Source: Sphaerodactylus townsendi
Taxonomy: Eukaryota
Direction of reading: 5' to 3'
NCBI RefSeq assembly: GCF_021028975.2
Contig: NC_059431.1
Location: 103,230,001-103,294,000, forward strand
Length of the DNA stretch: 64,000 nt
Of the stretch, positions 13,085-25,200 are shown one piece after another (the stretch's first letter is position 1; every line of letters starts with the position of its first letter). Below the pieces are notes generated by a model, which was not told the DNA's origin, did not search any database, and saw only the letters and a list, made by a program, of their open reading frames with translations. The position numbers and the translations under genes are program-made.

Positions 13085-13215
13085 TGCTTTTCCGGCGCAC
13101 GGATGTGACGCAAAACAAGAGGAAGGCGGAATTACAAGCGAAGACCTGCGGGGCTCGGTGGAAGCTCTGTGACGTTTTGCTTTAGAGGACGAGTCTTTCT
13201 GCGCATGCGCGGAAA
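13085..13215 (-). promoter_or_regulatory. ATP5ME CpG-island promoter with NRF-1 site
   Basis: Perfect NRF-1 consensus TGCGCATGCGCG at 13200-13211, CRE half-sites TGACG at 13106 and 13170, ETS core CCGGAA (minus) near 13090; typical OXPHOS promoter. Confidence 0.75.
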
Positions 13216-13848
13216 AGGGATTACCCGTAGGACTGGCTTAAAGGTGATAGGGGCAAGACTGGTGCCATGGGGCATGTCGCTCCCAGGTGTGCTGTTCCAA
13301 AACTAAGATTTTTTTTTTTGCTGATGAATTTTAAAAAGCAGAGAACACAATTCAGACAATTGCTTTTATTAGGACTGGCGCATTAAAGTGTGCAAACTTC
13401 TGAATTCCGCAGCATCCTTCTTCATAGATGGAGGGTGGGGAAGAAGGTTCTTCAGGTCATCATGAATCGCAGACTCTCCTCTCATTCTAGGATGTCGTGG
13501 GATTTCTGTGAGGCGAAGGAGGTTCAGGTTTTAGGTGCTGCTGACCTGGGAGCACAAAAGGAAGAGGGTGTAAAATAAACTCAGCCTGGAGTAACTTTGC
13601 ATTTGAGTGCACCGTGTCTGCTGGTCGTAACTGCAAAGCATACATATCTATAGCTACGGGGCTGTCAAGATGTCTTCAAACCTCTTTCTTGGTTCTTGAA
13701 AAGGAAAAAAGACACACACATACACCGGAGACCTCTGTGAGAAATCTTTTGATTGCTTTTATTTCAGGTTTGTAATTGTGTACTCTTTCCCATGGTCAGT
13801 TTTGATATTCAGTCTTTACATCCTTAATCTTGCACCTACGCTCTAGTA

Positions 13849-14383
13849 CAGTGATGGCAAACCTATGGCACGGGTGCCAGAGGTGGCACTCAGAGCCCTC
13901 TCTGGGGGCACGCACAGAGTTCATCATGTGGGGGGGGGGGGGAATTGCCCCACACACACACACACACACACACACATCTAGGCTGGCCTGGGCCGCTGGG
14001 CTCGATTATTAGCATTAAATCTAAGACCTAGTTTTGGGGAAGCTGCATAGGTAACCCTGTTAAACACTGATTTTCATGCAAAGAACTAAAGCGCGATCCT
14101 TTACCTGGGAGTAAGCTCAGTTGCTGGCAATGTGGCTTGCTTCTGAGTAAACCCTCCTAGGGTCATGAGTCCCCCATTCGAAGAGTTGCCTGGTTGCTTC
14201 AATGCAAAGCCACCGACTACCACCAAGCTTACTCCCGAGTAACGCACGCCTCAGAGCCAACCATTTTTCCTAAACTAAAACCTCAGTATTCAGGTTACAT
14301 TGCCGTGTTGGCACTTTGCGATAAATATGTTGGTTTTGGGTTGCAGTTTGGGCACTCGGTCTCAAAAAGGTTCGCCATCGCCG
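13849..14383. mobile_element. hAT MITE (CAGTGATGGC family)
   Basis: TIRs, 8-bp TSD CTCTAGTA. Confidence 0.88.
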
Positions 14384-14824
14384 CTCTAGTAGTTCCTGCC
14401 TTTCAAGTGATTTAGAACCATGGTGAAACAATACAGTCAGTCAATAACTTAATGGCTTCAGCACAGCCATCGCAAATAACACGAGAAGGAAAACACAATA
14501 AATTACAGTATCAGCGTCAGCAGAAACTGTCATATAATTTGACCAAAAATACGAATTATCATACCCCCCCAGTAGATCTAAATTCATAAAATCCATAAAC
14601 TCATATGAAATATAATTACTCATATCAAAGATCTTATTAGATTAATTCAGTTAACTTAACTGCTTCAGGCAGCCCAGTCCACAGGGTGGGGAGCTTCACA
14701 GTAGTCTGGGATGGCCTAGCTGTGCTGCCTCCAAAGAGGAATGGAAGGCACAGAGAAGACGGGAAAAGCCAGAAATTCAGCAAAAGTCCCCAACTCACCA
14801 CTGTTTTTAACTGGGCTACACACA

Positions 14825-14953
14825 GGCTGATTCCGCATGGGCCAAAAACAGCGGTGTGAAAACAGTGTGAAAACAGTATAAACCCTTTTACACCGTTTTA
14901 AACCTTTTTACACCATTTTCACACTGCTGTTTTTGGCCCATGTGGAATCAGCC
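14825..14953. mobile_element. Harbinger-type palindromic MITE
   Basis: GGCTGATTCCGCATGGGCCAAAA inverted ends. Confidence 0.75.
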
Positions 14954-15289
14954 ATAGTCTTTTGCTGGCATAAGTTGACTGCAGCTGAAGGGCCATTCCC
15001 AGGCTGAAAGCCCTCAGGAAGCTGCTTAAAGTTGGCTTTGCCCTGGGGATGCCCTCAGAACACGATCAGAACTGGCTCCTGCAGTGGAAAAGCACCAGTG
15101 CAGCAGCAGCTTCCATGTTCAGGCATTGCAAAGCGGTGGTGCTCCCCTGCCAGCATTAGTATGCCTCTCAGTGGTGTAGGTGCCACTTACACTGTTGGAC
15201 TGGCAACAACGGCAGTATCAGGGTCACGCCAGCTCTATATCCCTTTTGCTTCCCCCCACCCCCATGTGGATTGCACCATTTATGACTGA

Positions 15290-15650
15290 TGCTACAAACG
15301 TTACCATTTTGCAGTGTTGTCCATATGTCATTATCTGCCAATAACACAACTAATTTTGGTCTGATCTCCCTGGTAAATTGTAAAATATTGCTAAGAAATT
15401 TCTCTCGAAAAGTTACAAATCTTGGGTAATGAAATATAACATGAGCCAAGTCTTCAATAGATTTGTGATCACAACAACGTACTCGATCTTCAAATGAGAT
15501 CTTATTGTAATGACTCTTCACTATTGCTAATTGTAGATTAACCATCCTAGCTCTAGCATATTTACTAGGTGATATAGTAAAATAATGTGTGTGTTTTTCT
15601 GTCTGCACATGCATATTATTATTTTTCTTAACCGATAGTGTTTATTTTGA
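15290..15650 (-). mobile_element. Degraded non-LTR retrotransposon C-terminus
   Basis: ORF 15168..15614 contains DRVRCCDHKSIEDLAHVIFHYPRF, a decayed CCHC-type motif. Confidence 0.5.
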
Positions 15651-16710
15651 GAACCCCAGGCCAATATTAGTAGAATACTACTGACTCAACTGTTCCCCAA
15701 AAATTTGGATAATAAGAGTGCATTCAATATACAATTCATCCTTTGTATTTATTATAAATGTGTGACTGTCATTCATTATGGGCATTATGTTTGGAACTGT
15801 TACCCGAATTAGTCTGGTCTGTTACCTTTTAGTTTGGAGAATTAGTGGGGAACAGACCTTGCAATGCAAGGAGTCAGGCAGGGATCTTACACCAATTCAT
15901 TCAGAATCCAGATCCTTTTAGAAATCCACATAAAAACCAGAATTAAGGAGAAGGTTTACAATTTTATTAAAGAAACAAAAACTAATAAAACTACAAACAC
16001 AGTTTCATTAAACATACACACACAGAGTTTCAAGGAGCCTTGGATGTAGAGAGAGGTGAAAGATAAATGGGAATAGAAGAGGGCATTGAAGGGAGGATGA
16101 TATGGTATTTACTATTCCAGAAGTAAAAAGGAGAATGAGAGACAGCGGTCAGCACATTCACGACATCCAAGTACACAGCGCCAAGGATTTTTTTTTGTTG
16201 TGGGAGGGTCTGCTTATAGGAAAAATGTAAGTCTCTGGCTGTCATAAGAGGGGCTACTTTCCAGAAGCAAAGCAAAGTTTCATTCCCAGGCAGGAACAAT
16301 GCTATGGAAAAAAGCTTTATTGGGTTGAAATCTGAAATCTGATTTGATCTGAGCTGCACTGGTGATATTGGAACCAGAGGCATTCTAAGTCAGAATGAGC
16401 CTGGAAGGCTAAACACAGATACTTTGGAAGGCTGATGATTCTTTGATAGTTGGACAGGAGGTTTAAGATTAAATTAATGCTTGGGGAGGAGGGTCCAGGA
16501 TATGCTAGCTGGAATCAGGGTGTGGTGCATTTGCATGTCCTTTCTGAAGTCAAGGACAGGTGTGCCTACTGACGGCTGAGCAGTTGTTATTCAACTCCTG
16601 GCTGCTGAGCCTTCTTGGAGGGCACGGTGTACTGCTATGTTTGTGAAGGAGAAAGTGTATTCAGACAAACCCTTCTTAATATCAAAAATTAAGATGGCAT
16701 CCGTCAAAGT

Positions 16711-17046
16711 TAGGCTGACCAGACGTCCCGCTTTTGGCGGGACAGTCCCGCCTTAAAACAATTTGTCCCGCATCCCACGGGTTTTTTCAAGTGTCCCAAT
16801 TTTTGGAAGGCTGCCGCACTGCCTTCTGGGACGCAAGGCAGTGCGGCAGCCTCCCATGCGCGCGGCCGCAGGAGTGCACGGCCTTCTGGGGCGCTCTCGT
16901 TTCCCGCCCTGTGACAGGGCGGGAAACGGGAGCGCCCCAGAAGGCAGTGCGCTCCTGCGGCTGCGCGTGCATGCGCACGCATGTGCATGCAGCCACCCGT
17001 CTACTCGCCCGTCCCTGTTTACAAAGGTGACCATCTGGTCACCTTA
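16711..17046. mobile_element. hAT MITE (TAGGCTGACCAGA family) with internal GC hairpin
   Basis: TIRs TAGGCTGACCAGA / TCTGGTCACCTTA, 8-bp TSD GTCAAAGT. Confidence 0.88.
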
Positions 17047-17330
17047 GTCAAAGTCTGAATTGTCTGTGACATTTTAGGAAATGCTCTCCCTGTCTTGCTG
17101 TGGGCTGGCATGCCAACAGAAGAAATCAGTATATGCATATCCTTCTGATACACGCAATGGCAATTTTGTCTGAAATGGGCATCATGAATATGTTCTAACA
17201 TCAGAACATGATCCAGATTTTCTAGTATATGTGTACTAAGGCTGAAAATTTGCACATTGTCCATTTCGGACAAAACGGTGATTGATCATACCACGAAGAT
17301 GTTCTCTCTACGTGTGATCAAACATAACCC

Positions 17331-17521
17331 CAGTGGTGGGATCCAAAAATTTTAATAACAGGTTCCGATGGTGGTGGGATTCAAACAGTGGCACCGCCGC
17401 ACATACACACCTCTAGTCCCTATTGGGCAGAAGGGTGCTTTAGTAACCCCTTTTTGGCACTCAGAAAAAATTAGTAACCACTTCTAGAGAAGTGAAGAGA
17501 ACTGGTTGGATCCCACCTCTG
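17331..17521. mobile_element. hAT MITE (CAGTGGTGGGAT family)
   Basis: Same TIRs, 8-bp TSD CATAACCC. Confidence 0.9.
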
Positions 17522-17737
17522 CATAACCCCCTACCAGATTTTTAACTTCATAAACTACATCCCCAGAGAAAATAAAGACATTTTCTGAAGGGTTACTGAG
17601 TTACTGCTTGCAAGTTTTGCTGTAGATCATGGTACACTGTGGCCCTAATTCAGTGAAATGTACAGTGCAATCCAATGCAGAATTAATGGGATGAGAACTG
17701 GAGCAGTTTTGTATGGCTACACTGTTAGTCATTCTGA

Positions 17738-18050
17738 GGGCCAGTGTGGTATAGCGGTTAAGAGCAGGTGCACTCTAATCTGGAGAACCGGGTTTGATTC
17801 CCCACTCTGCCACTTGAGCTGTGGAGGATTAGCTGGTGAACCAGATTAGCTTGAGCACTCCAACACATGTGCCAGCTGGGTGACCTTGGGCTAGTCACAG
17901 TTCTTCGGAGCTCTCTCAGTCCCACCCACCTCACAGGGTGTTTGTTGTGGGAGCGGGGGGGGGGGGAGAGAAAGGAGATTGTCAGCCCCTTTGAGTCTCC
18001 TTACAGGAGAGAAAGGGGGAATATAAATCCAAACTCTTTTTCTTCTTCTT
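17738..18050 (+). mobile_element. tRNA-derived SINE (Squam3-like)
   Basis: Full-length head and body, (TTC)n tail. Confidence 0.82.
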
Positions 18051-18152
18051 ACGCCCTCTTGAGCGTTAATAGCCAGTGTGTGGTCATTATTATGGTTTTG
18101 GACTGAGCTCCTTGAGGGAAAGATGAGATTAAAAATGTAAGAATAAATAATG

Positions 18153-19233
18153 TTAAAAATAGCTTATAAAACCTACAGTAAACTAATACAGGTGCTTCAA
18201 ATTGTAGGTGGAATCCTGAAGAGGTATAGACAGGATGATTTGCAATGAATTCTTATAGCCACTGGATCCTCTGCAGTGAAGTCTGGAAAGCTTATTGCTA
18301 TGACAACTCATTGAGGAGCAAACCGGATTGAGGCAGTACTATCAGAATAATTTATCTGTAGTTTGAAAGGCTTTCTGAGAACTGTGTAATACACATTTCT
18401 AGTTGAATGGAACCTCTTTGCTAAACTGGATCCCAAAGCGCCACAGCATAGCAGATGCTAAAGATATACACCCTGCCTAGCAAAAGCCCAGAGAGAATAT
18501 TAAAATACAGAATAATGAGTGAATATTACGAGCAGGAACAGCTGCAGGCAAAAGATATAAATAACAAGAAGCAACTGCCCAGGAATGTGTGAAGGGTGCT
18601 AACGAACATGTCTGAGAGTGCATAATTATTTGACCCAGGGTGCCGCTGTGTTCCCTTCAGAATAAATGAGTCCTGGAAATGAACATTGACAGTTTGGTTT
18701 GGTACCTAACGAAAACAGATCTACTCAGAAGTCAGGCAGTATGGTTTTGTGGTGTACATTTGTCTGCAACCGCCCTGAGAATAGATAATAGTTCCCGTCT
18801 TTTTGAATTGCAAGATGTTCCATACGCGTATTAAAACGAGGGGTTGTCTCCTGCAACCCCCTTCTGCTAAGCAAGAGGATTTCCTTCCACCAGATCATGG
18901 TGTGTTACCTAATGGAACCAAATCCAACACAACAATTCTACGTCAGGGAAAAATAAGAGCAACCTCAGATCAAACATTTTAAAACACGCCGTGTGATGTT
19001 ATTATGCTAGTACGAGGAAAAATATCCCCATGTTCACTCATACATGTCGGTTTTAAGCTCAGTCAACAGTTTTAAGCGTAAGCAACTGTTGTTTAGCCCC
19101 TGGGGAACAGAAGGTATCTTGCAGTGCTGACCATGTAAGGAGGAGATCTTGTGAGTTCAGAGTTCTCAAGAAGTTTGAGATCTCCTTTGAGACATGCCAG
19201 CTGTAAAGACAAGACCCTCCCCTTTGTATAAGA
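18153..19233 (+). promoter_or_regulatory. Putative muscle-type promoter/enhancer of MYL5
   Basis: MEF2 consensus TTAAAAATAG 18153-18162, myogenic E-boxes CAGCTG 18539-18544 and 19198-19203, TATAAGA 19227-19233; motif matches only. Confidence 0.45.
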
Positions 19234-19295
19234 GGCTCTTCATAAGGACAGAGTTCCACAGAGACAGAGAGGCAAGGTAGCATTTTCCAGGAAAG

Positions 19296-19298
19296 ATG
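19296..19298 (+). CDS. MYL5: MYL5 exon 1 (ATG only)
   Basis: aagATG|gtgagt, about 65 nt after TATAAGA; ATG-only first exon is typical of sarcomeric RLC genes. Confidence 0.75.
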
Positions 19299-22200
19299 GT
19301 GAGTTCAACCCATACGGAAAGACAATCTAGGTGATTTTCATCATCACATTCTGGTCTGGGGGGGTTTCGATTTGATCAATTTCCTTCAAACAATCACTGT
19401 GTGCCTTGAAGACTCCTCAAAAGAGGAGCAATGGACCCTCCATGAAATGCCATATGTATTACCTAAACTCAGAATATCATCGACTGAGCTAGTTGTTGTG
19501 GGTATAGGAGACTTGCCTGATAGTTCACATTGTCTTCATTTCAGGCCAGCAGAAAAACCAAGAAGAAGGAAGGCGGAGCTAAACGTGCCGCAAGAGCCTC
19601 CTCCAACGTTTTCTCCAACTTTGAACAGACGCAGATCCAAGAATTTAAGGAAGTAAGAAAATATCTCCTTTTCCAAAAAATATAGGTTGGAAATTTTAGA
19701 TTAGGAGCTGTTTCAGGTGGGTAACCGTATTAGTCTGTAGTGGAAGAAGAAAATTCGAATCCAATAGCCCCTGAAAGACCAACAAAATGTTCCAGGGTAT
19801 TAGTTTTTGTCACTCAAAAGTGCCTTTTGTTAGATACAGATCTGTTTCAGATAAAAACTTGATTGTGTATGCATAGCTGAAGAAAGGCAGGAGCTTATAA
19901 TGGTCTGTAAATGTTTTGTTGCAGAACTGAAGACTGTTCAATGATAGATGGCCTTTGACAACTTCTATAAAATAGACAGACCCCCTTTCCCCACTTACCC
20001 TTTTCCGAGGGTTGCTGCGCGCAATTCCCAGCGCGTGGCATTCCTGGCGCGCGCCCGGGTGTCCCCACAACCCCGCGCTCTGCGCGGGGTCATCAAAAGG
20101 CGCCCTTTGAAAGAGCGGCAGGAATGCCTCGCGCTGAGGGGCGCGACAGCAGCAGCGTTGGGGCGGCTGCGCTGTCGCCGCCCCTCTCAGTGGGGAGTGC
20201 CGAGGGACCCCGCGCTACTCTCCTCGAGTAGCGCGGGTCTTAAGGTAAGTGGGGAAAGGGCCTAAATCTCAGAGTTGTCCAGAGATACTTGTTTTGTACA
20301 TTTATTTGAAACTAGAACTTCAAAATGGTTAACTTTGCCTGGAGTGTGCTATTGCCCTGGCATATTTGTACTGCAGCTTAGAGAATCACGAGAGAAGCAT
20401 AAACTACACTGAAGTCAAATTGATTATATAAAATGTGCAGCAATGTGCTAGTAGCCCATTACTCAGTGGGGCTTATTCCCAGGAAAGCGTCCTTAAAATT
20501 GCAGTCAAAACTTTATAAGTTTGAAGTCCTACACATTTTTATTTAGAAGTGCCATTAAAATTAAGTGAATGAGGTCAGCGGAGGGATACAAATATTGTTG
20601 TAATCAGTGGTGTTTTTTTAATGTTAAGATTTTTATATAAACTTTTCTTTAGGCTTTCACACTGATTGACCAGAACAGAGATGGCTTCATTGACAAAGAA
20701 GACTTAAAAGATACCTATGCTTCTCTAGGTGAGTATTGTGAAATAATCATCTTTAAACACATTTGTTATTTCTCTGCATTATTCTTGTGCCTTTTTCATT
20801 ATGAATCATTTAAATTCTGGTTCTGGTGGGTTTTCCGGGCTGTGTGGCCGTGGTCTGGTGGATTTTGTTCCTAATGTTTCGCCTGCATCTGTGGCTGGCA
20901 TCTTCAGAGGTGTATCACAGAGAAAAGTCTGTTTCACACTGTGTCTAGGTGAGAAGGGAAATATACCACACTATATACCACAATATACCACACTAAACTT
21001 TCCCTTCTCACCTAGACACAGTGTGATACAGACTTCCCTCTGTGATACACCTCTGAAGATGCCAGCCACAGATGCAGGCAAAACGTTAGGAACAAAATCC
21101 ACCAGACCATGGCCACACAGCCCGGAAAACCCACCAGAGCCTGTTGAATCCGGCCGTGAAAGCCTTCGACAATACATTTAAATTCTGTTTGTTATAAAAC
21201 ATCAATTATGCCTATCCCTGGTGTTTGTATCCCATTAATTCACACAGCAAGACGGAATTGAGTCTGAAGTTTAATTTCACATTATACTATTGTTAATTCA
21301 GATAGTTTAATCTCCTTATAATTTTGGCAAATAAGATGCCATTGCAAAGGAAATAAGAAAGCATAGGAAACATTTATATGCTACGCTGTTAAATTTTGCT
21401 TCTGTTTAAGGAATAAGTTTTGGAGAATGTACCTACTTAGCAAATACAGATACAAATGTTAATTTTATATACATATTAGATATAACAGATAATTTATTTT
21501 TGCTCTTAGGTAAAACAAATGTCAAAGATGATGAGTTAGAATCCATGCTTAAAGAAGCCACTGGGCCAATTAATTTTACAATGTTTTTGAACCTATTTGG
21601 GGAAAAGTTAAGTGGTAAGTCAACCTATATCTTTTCATTTGTATCTTCGCAATGAAACATGTTAGAGTCTTCCTTTTCTTTAAAAAAATTGAAGGTTGAG
21701 AATTTAGAACCAGTAGATTATGGCTGTCAATTGTAGTAAAGTTATTTTACCACAGCAAAATAGCAATTACTGACTTTTTCTTTGAACATTCTCAAAAAGG
21801 CCACTAACGATTAGAGAGAAAATAGTGACTTTTCTACACCTCCACTACTGGCTCTTGTTAGTTTAATGGCCACCAGTCTAGCGCAGTATCATAGACAATG
21901 CTGAAGTGTTCTGGACTCTGGAACTAGTGTTTTCTCTCTCTCTTTTTTCACACACACATATTTTTATGTTGCCATCTATACAAGCCTGTGGCTTCTTCAT
22001 GCTTTTCAATGTCAGTTTGGGGATGTAGTTTTGTTGTAGCCTATAACAATGTTGACACACACTATTTTGCTGTGGTTTCACTGCGCTCCTTGCATGGAAA
22101 TATGGCAGGATATATTTAAAATAAAATATATAGCTGAGTAGTGACCTGTTTGCTTACCCCAGCGTTCATCCCAAGTCCACATGATGCAGTGATGAAAAGT

Positions 22201-25200
22201 GGTGGACTTTAATCCGGAGAACCTTGGTTCCCTACTCCTTCACATAAGCAGCTGATTCTAATCTGGAGAACCAGGCTTGATTCCCCACTCCTTCACATAA
22301 GCAGTGGACTCTTACCTGGTGAACTGGATTTGTTTCCCTGCTGCTTCACATGAAGCCTGCTGGGTGACCTTGGACTAGTCACAGTTCTCTCAGAACTCTT
22401 CCAGCCCCACATACCCGAAAACCTTATTAACTTTAACATTCCAGGTGTCACGTTAAACATTAAATAACAATAACAGGGATGAATAATCAAGGGATAAGAA
22501 GAGAAAGGGCTAGGAAGGTACAGAAACAGAAAACGGTACCAAAGGAATGAGGGCAGGGACAGGGAGGCCAGCTAAGATGAAAATTGTCGCTGTCCTCAAC
22601 TACCTCAGTCTTAGAGGCCATGCAGAATTGGGTCAGATCCTCCAAACCCCAAGTCTCACTCGATAAAGAGTTCCACCAGGTTGGGGCCAGAGCTGAGAAG
22701 GCCTTTTTGGAAAGGCCTTGCTTCTAAGATATGTAATCCTGCTAGGTAGCTCAGTCTACAGAAGCCCTCGAAGGGAACAGCAATTATTAAAAACAAATGA
22801 TGCATCTTCCCGCAGATAAATGGGAGGTTTGCACAGAGAGCAGCATTACTGATCCAACATCACTTCTCCCCCGTTTTTTTCCACAGGTACGGATGGTGAA
22901 GAAACCATATTAAATGCATTTAAAATGTTTGACCCAGACGCTAAAGGAAATCTTAACAAGGATTAGTAAGTATGAACTACCCAAGCACAATCTCAAATTT
23001 GGCTCGCCAGCTTGTACTCACTAAGCTGTCTTGACCTGGAAAGACTTAGGCTGGCTTGATCTTCTCAAACCTCAGAAGCTAAGCAGGGTTGGCCAAGGAA
23101 CACCAGGCTGTGCAAAGGAGGGCAATGGAAAAACACCTCCAAATGTCTTTTACCTTGAAAACCTCACCAGGGGTTGCCCTTAGTTCTGCAGCGGATTGGC
23201 TAGAAGTGGTGAACTCCCCATCTCCATCAGTCTTCAGGCTACAGCTGGACGAGTAGTTGTCAGAGATCTTCTGGACTTATCCTGCACTGAGCAGGGGGTT
23301 GAACTAGATAGCCTGTATGGCCCCTTCTTACGGCCCCTTCCAACTCTTCAGGCAGCAAAAAAACCCTCCCTGCTGCTGAGAAACCCCCATGGGGCTTCAT
23401 AGACTTATGCCACCTGTCTGACTTCCTGGTCGCTGGCATAAGACAGCTAATGGCCGGGAGGAAGCTAACATTGGCTCTTCCCCTGGCCATGCCCCCATTA
23501 TGCTGGCGGTGGTAGCAGTGGTGCTGGGATGCAAGTGCCCCGGGGAGGGGACATCTGCTGGGGCAGTGTTCACTGCTCCCACAGGTAGATTCGCCCCCTC
23601 CCCTTTGGATGGGGATCTTAATCTTCCAAGTCAGCTGTGACTTGGTGACAATAATAATAATAATAATAATTGGCTTCTGAGAAACCTGAGAGTTAAAAAC
23701 CTGTGACCTTAAATGTGCATGTGTGCCAAACATACCCATGGTAGATAAGGAAAGGGGTGCAATTGATGTCATATTTAAAGGTAGCCGGGACTCAGATTAA
23801 TTCCTCAACTGATGAGAATATATGCCTGATTTCTCTTCTCCAGTTCTGTCTGATTGATACTCATGAGGCAGAAGAGACTCAAATACATTTTTTCATCATG
23901 TTGCATTCAAAACTAAGCCTCAGGGCACTTTTACACAAGCAGAATAATGCACTTTTAGTCCACTTTGCAGCTGGATTTTACTGTGCAAAATAGCAAAATC
24001 CACTTTCAAACAATTGTGAAAGTGCATTATTCTTAAGGTATTTCAGATGGTCTGCTGATGCTGACCGGGACAGGGTGTAGGTGGCGGCAGCGCACCTGCG
24101 GCGCAGCCACAAGAGCTTACTGCCTGTGACAGAGGCGGGGAAGCGGCGAAGCGTGAAGGCCATGCTCCTGAGGCGGCAGCGCGTACTTGAAAGCAAGCCC
24201 CAGAAGGCCATGCGCTCCTGCGCGCGCGGCCGCAGGAGCACACGGCCTTCTGGGGCGCTGCCGTTTCCCGCCCTGTCACAGGGCAGGAAACGGCAAGCCC
24301 CAGAAAGCCGTGCTCTTGCGGCCGCGTGCGTGGGATGCTGCCCCAGAAGGCAGTGCGGCAGCCTCCCAAAAATTGGGACAACTTAAATAACCCGCGGGAC
24401 GCGGGACAAGTTGTTTGAAGGTGGGACTGTCCCGCCAAAAGTGGGACGTCTGGTCAGCCTGATTATTCTGCATGTGCGAAAGTGCCCTTAGGGTCATAGG
24501 CCCAATGTATAGGTTACTAGTTGCAATATGGGAGCAGATACCAAGTCTCTGGTGCATGATCAGTACTTTCATCAAAATGGCCAATGATAAAAGCAGCACT
24601 CACACTGGCTTTCCACTCCGCAGTCTTATGCTCTTCCCTGCTGGCTTCCCATGTGATCCCCCAAATCCCTGAGAATGCCATTTATATAAACTGCACACTT
24701 GCTTTTTTAATGTTATGTTATAACCTGTTGTTTTGATGTTATGTTATAACCTGTTGCTTTCCTGTCCTTACATTACAGGATTTAGCACTCAAATCAGGTC
24801 ACAGAGTCTAATGACGATGTGGGAATTTGACTCACATAAAAGGGGGGCAGAAATTGCTCTGCCCTGAATTGGGACTGCTTTTCATATGCCTTTTTAAAAT
24901 AGCTCTTGTTCTAGTCATTAATCATCCCTTTCTCTCTGTTCCTCAAACAGTATCAAACGCTTAATGATGTCACAAGGTGACAAGTTTACTGCTGAAGAGG
25001 TTGGTATCCTCACTACCATGGTTTAGGAGTGTATTTCTTTTAAGATGAGCGTGGACCAAAACAATCCAAAGCTTTCTTTAAGTCGTCACAAGGGTTACGT
25101 TGCTCCGAAAATGCCTGCAACTTCTGGTGGTGGTAGAGGGAAGGGTGTACATTCGTGTTGCAGTTAATGGTTCTCCTCCAATTCGAACTCTGTGATTAAA

